42,600 bases of DNA, taken from positions 1-42,600 of the forward strand of contig CAZXZC010000004.1 of NCBI GenBank assembly GCA_964645125.1, given 5' to 3'. The first letter of the stretch is position 1. Every line of letters starts with the position of its first letter. The stretch comes from an uncultured Candidatus Saccharibacteria bacterium (GTDB lineage: Bacteria > Patescibacteriota > Minisyncoccia > UBA6257 > 2-01-FULL-56-20). The notes beneath the pieces are model-generated. The model had not been told where the DNA came from, did no database searches, and saw only the letters and a list, made by a program, of their open reading frames with translations. Made by a program: the position numbers and the translations under genes. Positions 15,118 through 23,834 of the stretch are shown here, one piece after another.

Positions 15118-15146
15118 CCAGCGTATTTTTATGCGCTGGTTTTTTT
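15118..15146 (+). terminator. Intrinsic terminator
   Basis: CCAGCG-10 nt-CGCTGG followed by TTTTTTT. Confidence 0.65.
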
Positions 15147-15290
15147 GACTTCAGGATCCTACTTCGGTATTCTTAAACTCTACAGCTTCTTGAGAACTCC
15201 ATAAACCAACCCGAAGAATTTCTTTTGCGATGCAGGGAATTATTGGCAGGGGAGATTCTTCTTAACCAGAATTGTTTCATAGGGGGTTTT

Positions 15291-15404
15291 ATGCAAGGAA
15301 TTTTTCTTTGCGGAAAACAACTCGTACATGCAACCGACCTTTCCGTTTGCCTGGGTGAATGTCCAGGTGAACGTGAAACGGTCATTACCGGAAGGGAAGT
15401 TTGA
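15291..15404 (+). CDS. Candidate 37-aa Cys-containing micro-protein (family member P2)
   Basis: AGGGGG, 4 nt, ATG. Product is MQGIFLCGKQLVHATDLSVCLGECPGERETVITGREV. A T7 run lies 14 nt after the stop. Paralogous to 15441-15584. Confidence 0.45.
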   Translation: MQGIFLCGKQLVHATDLSVCLGECPGERETVITGREV

Positions 15405-15440
15405 CCCACTGGTCGGACTTTTTTTACGGTAGGGAGTAAA

Positions 15441-15584
15441 ATGATGACAACATCGAATCTTGTGCGTGGTGCGCCCATTATTAAATACCCGGCTGGATCC
15501 TTTCAATCCCAATGTCCGGGCGAGAGTGGGTATGGCTGTGGCGAAGGTGTCCCGTACCGAGTTGGTGGGTGCTGCTTGAACTGA
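15441..15584 (+). CDS. Candidate 47-aa Cys-rich micro-protein (family member X)
   Basis: GGGAG, 4 nt, ATG. Product is MMTTSNLVRGAPIIKYPAGSFQSQCPGESGYGCGEGVPYRVGGCCLN. The substitution pattern against its paralogues is synonymous. Frame +2 remains open to 15649. Confidence 0.5.
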   Translation: MMTTSNLVRGAPIIKYPAGSFQSQCPGESGYGCGEGVPYRVGGCCLN

Positions 15585-15673
15585 TCACGCCTGTTGGCAT
15601 CGGTCTAGGCACGCCCCCTTGTTTTTGGTGCTTCGCTTGCCGTAAGTGAAGTTGGTTTAAACCCTGTTTACCC

Positions 15674-15717
15674 CCCCCATAGAAGACGTATATTCTTTTA
15701 TGGGGGCTTTCTTTTTT
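15674..15717 (+). terminator. Intrinsic terminator
   Basis: CCCCCATAGAAG-9 nt-CTTTTATGGGGG followed by CTTTCTTTTTT. Confidence 0.75.
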
Positions 15718-16052
15718 GATTTGATTTTCATGTTTTTTTTGCTAGGATTTTATTGCGGTTGCATTGAAATTTGGTTACTCAGAACAAAAAGGGCAGCGGC
15801 ATGTAGTTATTAAGGCTGCTTCACGTATCCTTTATGATTTGTCCTTCGTGGCATTTCAGCTGGGTAATCTGGAGCTGTTTCCTGTGAAGGCATGAACGCG
15901 CTTCTTTGCCTGGGGACCGCTTCTATCCTGTAATTTCTTGTGACTGTTTCCAGGCATCGCCTGATGTCTTTTGTGTAACTATAGATTTGGAACTCTTTTT
16001 TGTTGGTTAGAAAGAGTAATGTGTTGTTGATTTTTCAATGAATGTTTCTCCT

Positions 16053-16090
16053 GGCCACGTTTGATAACCGACCGTGGCCTTTTTATTTAT
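16053..16090 (+). terminator. Intrinsic terminator closing island R
   Basis: GGCCACG-13 nt-CGTGGCC followed by TTTTTATTT. Confidence 0.7.
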
Positions 16091-16099
16091 ATTTTTTCT

Positions 16100-16321
16100 A
16101 TGCGTATTGAAGTTGTGGTAAAGCCAAAAGCAAAAAAGACGGTCATTGAGCAAACGGGAGACGCTTCATTTTTGGTTTCAGTAACGGAGCCACCGCACGA
16201 TAATGAGGCGAATTTTGCTGTTATGGATGTATTGAGCACACATTTCGCTATACCGCTTTCACGGATTCGATTGATTGGCGGTAAAACTTCACGGCACAAA
16301 TTTTTTGATATACAACTGTAG
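16100..16321 (+). CDS. DUF167 (YggU) family protein
   Basis: Contains MRIEVVVKPKAKK...V.EPP.DNEAN..V...L....IP.S.I.L..GKTSR.K. Confidence 0.85.
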   Translation: MRIEVVVKPKAKKTVIEQTGDASFLVSVTEPPHDNEANFAVMDVLSTHFAIPLSRIRLIGGKTSRHKFFDIQL

Positions 16322-16324
16322 GCA

Positions 16325-17089
16325 ATGCATGACATTCAAAAACAAATTGAGGTGATTATTCGAGATAAGTACGATGGTACTTCACCAACTCAAGAAGAGC
16401 TTGCTGTAGATATTACTCGGCTTATGGACGGTGAGCCGATTGATTATGTTATTGGGTGGAAGCCTTTTTTGAATATGAAGATTGATCTTTCTTACAAACC
16501 ACTGATTCCCCGGGTTGAAACGGAATACTGGGTGGATAGCGCGTTGGAAGATATAAAGCGACGTTTTGGTGATAGTACTATGCGAGTTTTGGATTTGTTT
16601 TGTGGTTCGGGGTGTATTGGTTTGGCTGCGCTGTCGCGACTGTCGAATGCGTCGGTTGTTTTTGCAGATAGTGACGAAAGAATGGGCGAGCAGGTAGCGC
16701 GGAGCGCTACTATAAATGGCATAGATACTTTGCGATTTTCATTTATGACCTCAGATATTTTTTCGAATATTTCAGGTACATATGATGTTGTATTCGCAAA
16801 TCCGCCGTATATTCCTGTTTCACGAAAAGAACTGCTTGACGCGTCGGTTGTACGATTTGAGCCGCATAGTGCATTGTTTGCTGAAGACGGTGGACTGTTT
16901 TTTATAAAAAAGTTTTTCATGGAGTTACCGTATTATTTGAGTAAAGAGGGTGTTTGTTTTTTGGAGTATGATACTGGTCAAGAAGCGGCGATTGAAGCAT
17001 TCGTGCAAGCTCATACTCCGTTTACGACGGAATTTTTTAACGATCAGTATGGGAAGTATCGGTGGGGAAGGATCAAATACAGCCAATAG
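16325..17089 (+). CDS. prmC: Release factor glutamine N5-methyltransferase PrmC/HemK
   Basis: Contains PLIPR.ETE, LDLFCGSGCIG and NPPYIP motifs. The stop TAG lies inside a GCCAATAG word. Confidence 0.9.
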   Translation: MHDIQKQIEVIIRDKYDGTSPTQEELAVDITRLMDGEPIDYVIGWKPFLNMKIDLSYKPLIPRVETEYWVDSALEDIKRRFGDSTMRVLDLFCGSGCIGLAALSRLSNASVVFADSDERMGEQVARSATINGIDTLRFSFMTSDIFSNISGTYDVVFANPPYIPVSRKELLDASVVRFEPHSALFAEDGGLFFIKKFFMELPYYLSKEGVCFLEYDTGQEAAIEAFVQAHTPFTTEFFNDQYGKYRWGRIKYSQ

Positions 17090-17205
17090 GGTATAGCCAT
17101 CCGCCGGCTGGCGGAGCCAATAGTTTTAAACAAATACATAGATTCCGGCTCGGCGGCCGGAATGACAGAAGAGTTGCTGGCTATTGGCTCAACCCTAAAC
17201 CCTAG
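17081..17205. repeat. GCCAATAG-word palindromic repeat (family 1) with inner GC hairpins
   Basis: GCCAATAG at 17082 and 17116; CTATTGGC at 17181. Inner hairpins CCGCCggctGGCGG and TTCCGGCtcggcGCCGGAA. Confidence 0.8.
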
Positions 17206-17215
17206 TTTTTCCACA

Positions 17216-17244
17216 TTGACATTACTGTGCAAGTCTGTTATCAT
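17216..17244 (+). promoter_or_regulatory. Sigma70 promoter TTGACA-17 nt-TATCAT for the RRM gene
   Basis: Consensus -35 and 17-nt spacer. Predicts a 5' UTR of about 118 nt. Confidence 0.65.
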
Positions 17245-17367
17245 TTCTTCTGTTGAGGATTCTTCCTTTGTGCTTGATGATCGGCCCTTTTCGTGGTCGT
17301 AGGCAAGTGGCAGGGTTTAAGAAGGTGTCGATCTTTCAGCATTTATAATTTCAATCATATTTCTAAT

Positions 17368-17643
17368 ATGAAGCTTTACGTAGGGAACCTTCCCTGGAGC
17401 ACCACGAATGACATTTTGCGCGACTTGTTCTCGCAAAAGGGCATGGTAACTTCAGCTACCGTTCTCATGGGCCCTGATGGCCGTTCACGTGGCTTTGGTT
17501 TTGTAGAGTTCGGCAACGACTCAGAAGCCCAGGCAGCGATTGACGCCTTCAATGGCTACGAGCTTGATGGTCGTAAATTGACCGTCAACGAGGCTCGACC
17601 AAAGACCGAAGGCGGTATGGGTCGTGGCCCTCGCTTCCGCTAA
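17368..17643 (+). CDS. RRM (RNP-1) type RNA-binding protein
   Basis: Contains KLYVGNL (RNP-2) and RGFGFVEF (RNP-1), with a Gly/Arg tail. Confidence 0.93.
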   Translation: MKLYVGNLPWSTTNDILRDLFSQKGMVTSATVLMGPDGRSRGFGFVEFGNDSEAQAAIDAFNGYELDGRKLTVNEARPKTEGGMGRGPRFR

Positions 17644-17664
17644 ATCTAGCGGTGCGCATATATT

Positions 17665-17714
17665 CCCCTTGGCTGTACTTTTCGGGTAAGCCGAAAATAG
17701 AGCCGAGGGGTTTT
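17665..17714 (+). terminator. Intrinsic terminator
   Basis: CCCCTTGGCT...AGCCGAGGGG with inner TTTTCGG/CCGAAAA, followed by TTTT. Confidence 0.75.
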
Positions 17715-17761
17715 GCGTATTTATAATGAGGTTTTCGATTATAGGCTTTAGAATACTTTTT

Positions 17762-19549
17762 ATGCAAAACAACTCTCTTCGCAATATTGCAATCATCGCT
17801 CACGTTGACCATGGGAAAACTACTTTGGTTGACGCACTTCTGAAACAATCAGATATTTTTAAATTAAAGACGGGTCAGAGCGATCAATTAATGATGGATT
17901 CCAATGAATTGGAACGAGAGCGTGGTATTACTATTTTTTCAAAAAATGCCTCAGTCATGTACCATGGTGTGAAAATCAATATTGTTGATACACCAGGACA
18001 TGCTGATTTCGGTGGAGAGGTGGAGCGTATTATGCGCATGGTGGATGGCGCTATTTTGCTCGTTGATGCGAAAGAAGGTCCGATGCCACAAACAAAATTT
18101 GTGCTCAAAAAGGCGATTCAAGCAGGGCACAAAATTATTTTAGTAATTAATAAGATTGATAAGCCAGGCGCGCGGTGTGACTGGGTGTTAAATCGTACTT
18201 TTGATTTGTTCGTGGAGCTTGGCGCCTCTGACGTGCAGGCTGATTTTCCGGTTATTTATGCGGCTGGCGTGTTGGGTAAAGCAGGAACAGAAAATAATTT
18301 AGAGGCAATGGAAAATATTTTGCCATTGGTTGAAAATATCATTACCCATATTCCCGCCCCAAGTGCTGATGTTGATGCACCGTTACAAATGCTGACGGTC
18401 AATTTGGCATACGATAATTACAAGGGCAAGATTGCGATCGGCCGCTTGTATGCTGGTTCAATAAAAAAGAACCGCGAAGTTGCGCATATTAACCGCGCTG
18501 GGGTGGTAAAAAAAGCGACCATTACCAATGTGATGTTGTTTGAAGGCATGAATAGGGTTGACGTTGATGAAGCAAATGCAGGTGATATCGTGGCAGTTTC
18601 TGGCATTGGCGATATTTCAATCGGTGAAACGATTGCAGATGTGACAAACCCAGTTGCCTTAGCAACCATTGCCATTGAAGAGCCGACAGTGAAGATGAAT
18701 TTTTCGGTGAATAATTCACCCTTTGCAGGTCGCGAAGGACAGTATGTTACATCGCGTAATATTGCCGATCGTTTACAAAAAGAACTTGAAACAGATGTGG
18801 CGCTTCGAGTTGATGCAACCGATACCACTGATACGTGGACAGTATCGGGGCGTGGAGAATTACACCTTTCCATTTTGATTGAAAAGATGCGTCGTGAGGG
18901 ATTTGAGCTTCAAGTATCTCGGCCGCAAGTGATTTTAAAAGAAGAGAATGGTAAAAAAATGGAACCAGTTGAGCGAGTTACCATCGAAGTTCCTGAGGCA
19001 TTTATTGGTGGGGTCATTGAAGATTTAGGAAAACGCAAAGGTACTATGGCAGATATGCGCGTAGAAAACGCTACTGGATTTTTAGAATTTCTCGTGCCAA
19101 CCCGTGGACTTATTGGGTATCGGAATCAGTTTACGACAAACTCTAAGGGGCAGGGTATTATGAATACATTGTTTGAAGGCTATGAGGCATATAAGGGTGA
19201 CTTTGAAGCCGCACCTCATGGGTCTTTGGTTACGACGGAATCGGGTACGACCCGCACGTATGGCTTGTTGGCCGCAGAAGAGCGCGGGGAACTTTTTGTA
19301 GGGCCCGGTGTTGAGGTGTATGAAGGCATGGTGGTGGGCCAGAATGCAAAAGCCATGGATTTGTGGGTAAATGTATGCCGTGAAAAGCAGCTGAGCAACA
19401 TGCGCGCGAAATCTGATGGCGGTATGGAATTTTTGAAGGTGCCTCGAGCAATGACACTTGAAGATGCAATTGAATACATTGGTGATGATGAACTTGTAGA
19501 AGTAACTCCAGAGTCAATTCGCATTCGCAAAGTAAAGTTGAAGCAGTAG
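17762..19549 (+). CDS. typA: Translational GTPase TypA/BipA
   Basis: Contains [23 protein letters not shown] and NKID motifs. Length and domain order match BipA. Confidence 0.96.
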   Translation: MQNNSLRNIAIIAHVDHGKTTLVDALLKQSDIFKLKTGQSDQLMMDSNELERERGITIFSKNASVMYHGVKINIVDTPGHADFGGEVERIMRMVDGAILLVDAKEGPMPQTKFVLKKAIQAGHKIILVINKIDKPGARCDWVLNRTFDLFVELGASDVQADFPVIYAAGVLGKAGTENNLEAMENILPLVENIITHIPAPSADVDAPLQMLTVNLAYDNYKGKIAIGRLYAGSIKKNREVAHINRAGVVKKATITNVMLFEGMNRVDVDEANAGDIVAVSGIGDISIGETIADVTNPVALATIAIEEPTVKMNFSVNNSPFAGREGQYVTSRNIADRLQKELETDVALRVDATDTTDTWTVSGRGELHLSILIEKMRREGFELQVSRPQVILKEENGKKMEPVERVTIEVPEAFIGGVIEDLGKRKGTMADMRVENATGFLEFLVPTRGLIGYRNQFTTNSKGQGIMNTLFEGYEAYKGDFEAAPHGSLVTTESGTTRTYGLLAAEERGELFVGPGVEVYEGMVVGQNAKAMDLWVNVCREKQLSNMRAKSDGGMEFLKVPRAMTLEDAIEYIGDDELVEVTPESIRIRKVKLKQ

Positions 19550-19662
19550 GGTAAGCCAATAGAAAAACTAGCCGCTAGGGTTTAGGGTATAGCGAATAGT
19601 TAAATCAAAAACTTTATGTCTTTGTCTGACTATACCGCAAACCCTATTGGCCATACCCTTGG
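19547..19662. repeat. GCCAATAG/AGGGT-word palindromic repeat (family 1)
   Basis: Left arm tagggtaagccaatag...ctagggtttagggtatagcgaatag; right arm actataccgcaaaccctattggccataccc. It shares a 24-mer, inverted, with 23461-23484. Confidence 0.8.
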
Positions 19663-19685
19663 CATTCTTGTATTCTTATAAAACT

Positions 19686-20306
19686 ATGGTGGTAACGAAG
19701 AAGTTTACCAAGGAGGTTAAAGACAAGCTAAGAAAAGGGGCTGTGGGGGTTATCCCAACTGATACGTTGTATGGCATTGTTGCAAATGCCTTGCACGAAC
19801 ATTCGGTGGAGCGAGTGTATAAGGCGCGCAAGCGTACGCCCACGAAGCCAATGATCATCTTGCTGCCCGGGATGTCGTATTTGAAAAAATTCGGTGTTTT
19901 TTTGTCGCCGCAGCTTACTCGTATTGTAAAGCGATTTTGGCCAGGCAAAATTAGCATTATTTTCCCGGTGCCGCGAGGGTCTTTTTCGTATTTGCATCGG
20001 GGCCGAAACAGCTTGGCATTTCGGGTGCCGGATAACCCGCGTATATTAAAAGTTTTGCAGCGTACGGGGCCGTTGGTAGCCCCCAGCGCGAACGTAGAGG
20101 GTTCAAAACCAGCGGCGACTGTTAAGGAGGCGTTTGATTATTTTGATGATGCAATTGATTTTTATGTTGATTCGGGTCGGCTCTACGGGAAGCCATCGAC
20201 GCTTATTTCATTTCCAAGCGATCATGAGGTGGTAGTTTTGCGCGAGGGTTCGATACCGGCAAAAACCATTCAAAAAGTGGCGGGATTTGATCGGGTCGTC
20301 AAGTAA
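19686..20306 (+). CDS. tsaC: L-threonylcarbamoyladenylate synthase (YrdC/Sua5 family)
   Basis: Contains G.IPTDTLYG and LVAPSAN..G..P motifs. Confidence 0.9.
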   Translation: MVVTKKFTKEVKDKLRKGAVGVIPTDTLYGIVANALHEHSVERVYKARKRTPTKPMIILLPGMSYLKKFGVFLSPQLTRIVKRFWPGKISIIFPVPRGSFSYLHRGRNSLAFRVPDNPRILKVLQRTGPLVAPSANVEGSKPAATVKEAFDYFDDAIDFYVDSGRLYGKPSTLISFPSDHEVVVLREGSIPAKTIQKVAGFDRVVK

Positions 20307-20362
20307 TATTTCTCCTGGAGCGCTCCGGGCCGCTAGGCCAAGTCTTACGCCAGGAGAAATAT
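20306..20362. repeat. Conserved-core hairpin element, copy D
   Basis: Stem ATATTTCTCCTGG / CCAGGAGAAATAT starts at the last base of the stop codon. The core is GAGCGCTCCGGGCCGCTAGGCCAAGTCTTACGC. Confidence 0.88.
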
Positions 20363-20459
20363 ACTTAACTTTTAGGTTTTTAAGATATAAAAGAGACTAT
20401 TTTGCATTCTATGTTATCATGGTTTTTTTGTTTTTTATTGCCATGATATACTCTACCCC

Positions 20460-20816
20460 ATGCCAACACTACAAGAGATTTTTGATCGTATCCAAAAGAC
20501 AAAACAGGAAATTAAAGAATTAAACGGACTGTATAAAGCAGAGCTTACTTCTTTAAATGAGTACGAGGAATTAAAGGAAAAACTCCAGGGACATAAAATG
20601 CGTAAAATTCAGATTGAAAAAGCGGTGCAAGAAAAGCTGCAAGCTGAATTTGTGAAGTACGATGCGCTAAAGACTGCACTGGCTGATGATCAACAGTTAT
20701 TGGCTGACTTGGCTTTATCTACATACCTTAAAGGGGAGAAAGTTGAGGTTGTGGATGCAACAAACGCACCACACGCACCGTTTTTCAAGGTGGCGTTTAA
20801 GAAGATGCGTTCTTAA
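20460..20816 (+). CDS. Hypothetical coiled-coil protein
   Basis: 118-aa Lys/Glu/Leu-rich ORF. TATACT at 20447-20452 lies 7 nt upstream of the ATG. Confidence 0.65.
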   Translation: MPTLQEIFDRIQKTKQEIKELNGLYKAELTSLNEYEELKEKLQGHKMRKIQIEKAVQEKLQAEFVKYDALKTALADDQQLLADLALSTYLKGEKVEVVDATNAPHAPFFKVAFKKMRS

Positions 20817-20840
20817 ATATTTCGGAAGGAAATATTTAAG

Positions 20841-20920
20841 ATTATGCGATTAATCAATTAATGAATTGCGCATTAGGACATACACTTTTAATTCGTTAAT
20901 CCGCAATATATTAATTTGTT
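20841..20920. repeat. TTAATGAATTGCG-word palindromic repeat (family 3)
   Basis: ttttaattcgttaatccgcaatatattaat is homologous to 6797-6826. The left arm is attaatgaattgcgcatta. Confidence 0.75.
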
Positions 20921-20962
20921 CATTCATACAACATTACCTGCGTAATGTTGTATTATTAAGCT

Positions 20963-22006
20963 ATGATTCAAAAACATCCAGAGCGATTGTTTTTTGTGGT
21001 TTTGTTCGTTTTAGCGATTTTATTATTTGGCGCACTTCTTGTTCCGGTGTTTACTCCTTTATTTTTAGCAATTGTGTGCGCTACGTTATGGTACCCCTTG
21101 CATGTGCGCATTGAAAAACTGTTTGGCTCATTCTCTTCTGTTGCTTCCTTGGTGAGCGTGTTGTTGGTACTTTTGGTTGTCATTGTTCCTGTTGCTTTTA
21201 TTGGAGCCCAGGTAGCAACAGAAGCATTTGGTCTTTACCAGTATTTGGGCGATCCTTCATCGCGAGCACTTGATGCCTTTTCTTACAACAGAGTTGCTGG
21301 ATATTTCGAACGATTTATGTCGCAAGACTCTTTTGTGAGCCATATTGTTTCGTTTGAAGGGATTATTCGTGGCATTGGCGAGTATGCGGGTAATTTATTT
21401 TCGTACGCGCTTTCCCAGGCGTTTTCTTTGGGAGTAGGATTGTTTGTGTTCTGTTTTTGTTTGTATTACCTGCTTAAAGATGGCCCGGAATTAAAGAATG
21501 CCATTATCTCGGCATTACCGTTATCGCAAGGTGCTGGCATGGCTATCCTCCTTCGGTTGCAGCGCTCTATCCACGCTGTATTTAAGGGATTTTTGATTGT
21601 AGCTATTATTCAGGGTATTCTTGCTGGTATTGGGTTTTGGATTGCGGGTATTCCGCAACCCGTTTTATGGGGTGTCGTCGCGGTAGCTGCGGCACTTGTT
21701 CCCAATGTAGGGACTGCGCTTATTATTGTTCCATCAGTGGCGTATAGCGCTCTTTTCCAGTCGAGTTGGCAGACTATTTTTTTGATTGCATGGGGAGTTC
21801 TGGTGGTGGGTACTGCTGATAACGTGGTGCGGCCAATGCTTACGAGCCGTGAAAGCGGTTTGCACCCTTTTCTTATTTTTTTAAGTATTATTGGAGGCGT
21901 TGAGTTGTTTGGAATTATTGGGTTTATCGCTGGCCCGGTTATTGTCGCGTTTTTATATGCTGTTTCTGATGGTGTGCGACAATTTCGTCAATCACGGAAA
22001 GTGTAA
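20963..22006 (+). CDS. AI-2E family transporter (PerM/UPF0118)
   Basis: Eight hydrophobic segments. Contains the LVP.VG and DN..RP...S motif region. Confidence 0.88.
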   Translation: MIQKHPERLFFVVLFVLAILLFGALLVPVFTPLFLAIVCATLWYPLHVRIEKLFGSFSSVASLVSVLLVLLVVIVPVAFIGAQVATEAFGLYQYLGDPSSRALDAFSYNRVAGYFERFMSQDSFVSHIVSFEGIIRGIGEYAGNLFSYALSQAFSLGVGLFVFCFCLYYLLKDGPELKNAIISALPLSQGAGMAILLRLQRSIHAVFKGFLIVAIIQGILAGIGFWIAGIPQPVLWGVVAVAAALVPNVGTALIIVPSVAYSALFQSSWQTIFLIAWGVLVVGTADNVVRPMLTSRESGLHPFLIFLSIIGGVELFGIIGFIAGPVIVAFLYAVSDGVRQFRQSRKV

Positions 22007-22018
22007 TATAGTACGATT

Positions 22019-22891
22019 ATGGAACTTTTTACTACTCTCGTGCCCCACTTAGTAGTTCGGGATATGCTTGATGTATTAGTGCTTACGTTTTTAGTGTATG
22101 TATGCGTGCGCTTGTTGCAAGAAACCCATTCCACTCCCGTGGTGCTTGGAGTAGCCACGATTGTTGTGCTGTATGCGGTATCCCGCTTTATTGGACTTCC
22201 TCTTACTGAGACTATATTACGTACGTTTTTAAGCACATTCTTGGTTGTGTTGGCTGTTGTGTTTCAACGAGAACTTCGTCGTTTTTTTTCTTTTTTTGGA
22301 TTTTTTAGTGGGCGCACATTCTCGCTTCCACCTTCAAACGAGGTCATTACTGCGGTTGCTTCAACGTCGTTTGAACTTATTCAGCGCAAGCTTGGCGCTC
22401 TCATTGTATTTCCGGGGCGAGAGGCGATTGCCCGTAATATCGAAGGAGGTCACGAGTTGGGCGGGGAAATTTCCGAACCAATCCTCTTAAGTATTTTTGA
22501 TGAAACATCGCCTGGCCATGATGGGGCGGTGGTGATTCAAAATGATCGCATCAGTATGTTTGGCGTTCATTTACCATTAGCCGAACAGGTAGAAAAGGTG
22601 CGTCAATTCGGACTTCGTCACCGAGCGGCTCTCGGGCTTTCTGAGCGTTCAGATGCTCTTGTGATTGTGGTGTCACAAGAAAAGGGAAAGGTGAGTGTGG
22701 CGTACCAGGGTGGTATTCGTCATGTAGGAGGGGAGCAGGAGCTTATTGAGATGCTCACTTCATTTTACGCGGAAAAATTTCCTCGCAGTAACGCTAAATA
22801 CCTACTTTCATGGGCCACGCGCAACGCGCTTCTGTTAGTCCTTTCTTTTGCCATTGCATTGGGTGTTTGGATTGTGGCGCGAATATATTAA
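22019..22891 (+). CDS. cdaA: Diadenylate cyclase CdaA (three N-terminal TM helices plus DAC domain)
   Basis: Contains GALIV, HDGAVVI and GLRHRAALG.SE.SDA..IVVS.E.G motifs. Confidence 0.92.
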   Translation: MELFTTLVPHLVVRDMLDVLVLTFLVYVCVRLLQETHSTPVVLGVATIVVLYAVSRFIGLPLTETILRTFLSTFLVVLAVVFQRELRRFFSFFGFFSGRTFSLPPSNEVITAVASTSFELIQRKLGALIVFPGREAIARNIEGGHELGGEISEPILLSIFDETSPGHDGAVVIQNDRISMFGVHLPLAEQVEKVRQFGLRHRAALGLSERSDALVIVVSQEKGKVSVAYQGGIRHVGGEQELIEMLTSFYAEKFPRSNAKYLLSWATRNALLLVLSFAIALGVWIVARIY

Positions 22892-22991
22892 CGATAGGTT
22901 CGAGATCGCAGCGCATAGGCAGATCACCTTTTTTATTCCCTGTTTCATTCGGCTATTTACTATCTATTCCCTCATCAGTACTATCTATAGT

Positions 22992-23450
22992 ATGTCTATT
23001 TTTGCTGTAAAATCTCGTGCTGTTGCTTTGCCAGAGTGGTTTTCTTTAGCGTTTTCTGGAGTTGCGCTTCTGGGTATTTTTGACGCGCTTTTTCTTACTA
23101 TTCACTATTACTCAGGGACTCCGGTGCCGTGTAGTGTAACTTCGGGATGTGAAACAGTATTAACAAGTCAGTACGCAGTATGGTTTGGCATTCCACTGGC
23201 ACTGATTGGTGTGGCGTATTATCTCACGCATTTTATTCTTATGACGGCAGTGTATATGCGTCAAAGCTACTCCATTTTTATCGCGGTAGTGATTCTTTCC
23301 AGCTTGGGGTTTGCTGCATCGGTAGCGTTTGTGGGGTTGCAAGTTTTTGTTATTCAGGCATTATGCGCATACTGTTTGTTGTCAGCTTTTCTTTCAACAA
23401 TACTATTTGGACTTTCGGTGTATGGGGTTTTTCGATACCAAATCAAGTAA
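22992..23450 (+). CDS. Vitamin K epoxide reductase (VKOR) family membrane protein
   Basis: Loop cysteines CSVTSGC and active site CAYC. Four TM helices. Confidence 0.85.
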   Translation: MSIFAVKSRAVALPEWFSLAFSGVALLGIFDALFLTIHYYSGTPVPCSVTSGCETVLTSQYAVWFGIPLALIGVAYYLTHFILMTAVYMRQSYSIFIAVVILSSLGFAASVAFVGLQVFVIQALCAYCLLSAFLSTILFGLSVYGVFRYQIK

Positions 23451-23527
23451 CTAGGGCGCAGGGTATAGTCAGACAAAAGCATAAATTTTGCCTTAACTAC
23501 TGGCTATTAACTTAACCCTATTGCCCG
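23451..23527. repeat. AGGGT/CTATTG-word repeat (family 1, degenerate)
   Basis: Contains ctagggcgcagggtatagtcagacaaaagcata...ctggctattaacttaaccctattgccc. Confidence 0.65.
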
Positions 23528-23597
23528 TTACTGGTCTTGACGCATAGTGTATACTGGTAAGTAAGAAAGGTTAAAAGTCACATTTTATTTATTTTTT

Positions 23598-23834
23598 ATG
23601 TCAAACGTTATTATTTATTCAACTCCATGGTGCGTGTATTGTAAGATGGCGAAGGAATTTTTTACCCAACATGGGGTGAAGTTTACGGAACACGATGTGG
23701 CTGAAGATGATGCAGCGCGGGATGATATGATAAAAAAGTCAGGCCAAATGGGAGTACCGGTTATTGATGTAGATGGTACCGTGATTGTGGGATTTGATCG
23801 ACCAAAGCTTTCGCAACTTTTACATATTCAGTAG
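23598..23834 (+). CDS. Glutaredoxin-like protein (NrdH/YruB type)
   Basis: 78 aa with a CVYC redox motif and GVPVI. Confidence 0.88.
   Translation: MSNVIIYSTPWCVYCKMAKEFFTQHGVKFTEHDVAEDDAARDDMIKKSGQMGVPVIDVDGTVIVGFDRPKLSQLLHIQ

Larger units (their letters stand above)
14340..16099. other. ORF-poor island R: five tandem plus-strand units, each ending in a hairpin or T-run
   Basis: Terminators at 14807-14839, 15118-15146, 15674-15717 and 16053-16090, plus a T7 run at about 15419-15425. Only micro-ORFs are present. Confidence 0.7.

Noticed and set aside
19573-19590. TTTAGGG-type repeats (ctagggtttagggt; also 7665, 17196, 33473) that resemble plant telomere repeats.
   Set aside because: Only 1.5-2 units occur per site, always embedded in the GCCAATAG-word palindromes. 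They are not terminal and not tandemly extended.
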